DNA of 64,000 nucleotides from a virus. The notes below the pieces were generated by a model. That model was not told the origin of the DNA. It did not search any database and saw only the letters and a program-made list of their open reading frames with translations. Positions 62,452 through 64,000 of the stretch are shown here, piece by piece. Where the stretch lies: positions 36,411 to 100,410 of the IMG/VR virus record IMGVR_UViG_3300020156_000023. One strand, 5' to 3'. The position numbers and the translations under genes are program-made. Positions within the stretch are counted from its first letter, which is position 1. Each line of letters begins with the position of its first letter.

Positions 62452-63165
62452 ATGGCAAATGCAATTGCAATTGTGGGGGATAGTGGTTCAGGTAAGACTA
62501 CATCAATAAGTCAAATACCTGAATTAAACATTGTAGGGTTAGACCCTAAAGAAACATTTATTATAAATGTTAAGGGTAAACCCTTACCAATGAGAGGTTG
62601 GAAAGGTAAGTATACCCATATTGATGTAACTAAGGCCCCCACTGAAGGGAATTACTTAGCTACAACTGATACAGCTCTGATATTAAAGACTTTAGCATTC
62701 ATTAACCTCAACAGGAAAGACATTAAAAATGTAGTTCTTGATGATGCACAATATGTTATGTCTGAGGAATTCATGCAAAATGCATTGAAATCAGGGTATG
62801 ATAAGTTTAATAAGATGGCTAAGAATATGTATGATATCATTAACACTGGTATCAACATGAGGGAATCCATTAATTTTATCATGTTAACACATGATGATGA
62901 AGAGGATGGTAAATCTAAGATTAAAACCTTAGGTAAAATGTTGGATGATAAGGTTAATCTTGCTGGTTTGTTTACTGTAGTATTATATACTGCAACTAAA
63001 ACAAGTCTCTCAGGAACAACATATCATTTCATAACTAACAAACATATTGATGACAGGGGAATCCATATTATGGCTAAATCTCCAGTTGGTATGTTTGAAG
63101 AGAGGATAATCCCTAATGATATGGGATTTGTATTAAACAAAATTGAAGAATATAATAAAGGATAA
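62452..63165 (+). CDS. AAA_24/Sak4-like ATPase
   Basis: GDSGSGKT, VLDD.QY, KTLGKMLD, AKSP.GMF. Confidence 0.82.
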   Translation: MANAIAIVGDSGSGKTTSISQIPELNIVGLDPKETFIINVKGKPLPMRGWKGKYTHIDVTKAPTEGNYLATTDTALILKTLAFINLNRKDIKNVVLDDAQYVMSEEFMQNALKSGYDKFNKMAKNMYDIINTGINMRESINFIMLTHDDEEDGKSKIKTLGKMLDDKVNLAGLFTVVLYTATKTSLSGTTYHFITNKHIDDRGIHIMAKSPVGMFEERIIPNDMGFVLNKIEEYNKG

Positions 63166-63166
63166 C

Positions 63167-63472
63167 ATGGCAGTACAAATAGTATTATCAGACCTTAAAC
63201 AGAAGGTAGAAGAAGGGTGGAAGAAGAATCAGTTAGCTGAGCACTATGGTATTCCTGTAACTCAGATGACTAGAGCTTTACAACAAGCTGGTTTAACTAT
63301 CAGAAAGTTACACCATCCTAAATTCCATCTAGTAGATGATATGGACCAACAAGACATGGGAGATGTAAATGATTCAGTATCTGAGGTAAATCATGAAGCT
63401 GAAGAAGAAATTCTTCAGGAAATGGAAAATCCTATTGCAACTGAAGAAAACACTACACAAGGACAGTGGTAA
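63167..63472 (+). CDS. Small HTH-like hypothetical protein
   Basis: Likely start MAVQ at 63167; LAEHYGIP..QM..AL; acidic tail. Confidence 0.5.
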   Translation: MAVQIVLSDLKQKVEEGWKKNQLAEHYGIPVTQMTRALQQAGLTIRKLHHPKFHLVDDMDQQDMGDVNDSVSEVNHEAEEEILQEMENPIATEENTTQGQW

Positions 63473-63506
63473 AAACAAAATAAATAAGTAATTTAAATTT
63501 TTAAAT

Positions 63507-64000
63507 ATGTACGGATATCAAGATTCAAGTGATTTAGGACCAGGTAAACAAGGTGGTAAGTTTGGACTTAACACAGGAGCATTTATTACCAAGTTTGAGT
63601 ATAATCCAAACTCAGGTAAAGATGGTGCAGAACAGGATGGTTTAGACCTAACTGTTCAAGTAGGTGAAAGAGAGTACAGGCATAGGTTCTTCCCAGTAGG
63701 GAAAGTTTATGCTTCAAGGAAAGATGGTGGTGCAGAACTTACTGACACCAATTCTGAAGCTTATAAAGAAGCTTACAAAAAAGAGGTAGAATTACTATCT
63801 GGTACTTTAACTGATATAGTTAAAGCTTTTGTACCTGAAGAACAAATCAAACAAGCTCTTGCAACTCCTATTAACTCTTTCAAAGATTATGCACAAATCT
63901 TAGAAAGACTTGTTAAATCTGTTCCTAATTGGAATAAGGTTCCAGTTGATGTATTCTTAGAATATCAATGGTCTCCATCAGGAGATAATGATAGGACTTT
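63507..64000 (+). CDS. Putative ssDNA-binding protein, partial
   Basis: Open frame MYGYQDSSDLG... to the window end; follows the Sak4-like ATPase. Confidence 0.45.
   Translation, partial: MYGYQDSSDLGPGKQGGKFGLNTGAFITKFEYNPNSGKDGAEQDGLDLTVQVGEREYRHRFFPVGKVYASRKDGGAELTDTNSEAYKEAYKKEVELLSGTLTDIVKAFVPEEQIKQALATPINSFKDYAQILERLVKSVPNWNKVPVDVFLEYQWSPSGDNDRT

Noticed and set aside
1-64000. Stop-codon reassignment, as in some crAss-like phages
   Set aside because: Long genes are intact under the standard code, TAG and TGA end real genes (e.g. 13901, 18792), and no suppressor-anticodon tRNA was found

Overview
64 kb of an AT-rich, standard-genetic-code dsDNA phage with crAss-like (Crassvirales-type) gene order; Bacteroidetes-type TAnnTTTG promoters point to a Bacteroidota host. 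Bases 1-37.2 kb (minus strand) hold the virion module: ejected/cargo proteins, muzzle, ring proteins, fibre, capsid, scaffold, portal, terminase, a GroES-like protein and a GH19 lysin. After a strand switch at about 37.3 kb, the plus strand carries small early genes, many self-closing structured non-coding units, a MoxR-type AAA operon, a Ro60/TROVE protein, a tmRNA, 24 tRNAs covering all 20 amino acids, and a PolA/helicase replication module. The main find is a candidate phage Ro60-Y-RNA system. Four RNAs inside the tRNA array share one scaffold (end-pairing stem, TRGT internal loop, 8-10 bp stem, TACTTCG) but carry four different payloads. Two payloads are circularly permuted tRNAs that keep an anticodon-type arm, one of them Lys-UUU. 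Other oddities are a tmRNA with a tag of up to 50 codons, a tRNA-Cys with an 89-nt variable arm, a tRNA with no anticodon loop, a tandem array of five ncRNAs and a twister-like element. All structures were paired by eye, and protein calls rest on motifs and synteny, not database searches.
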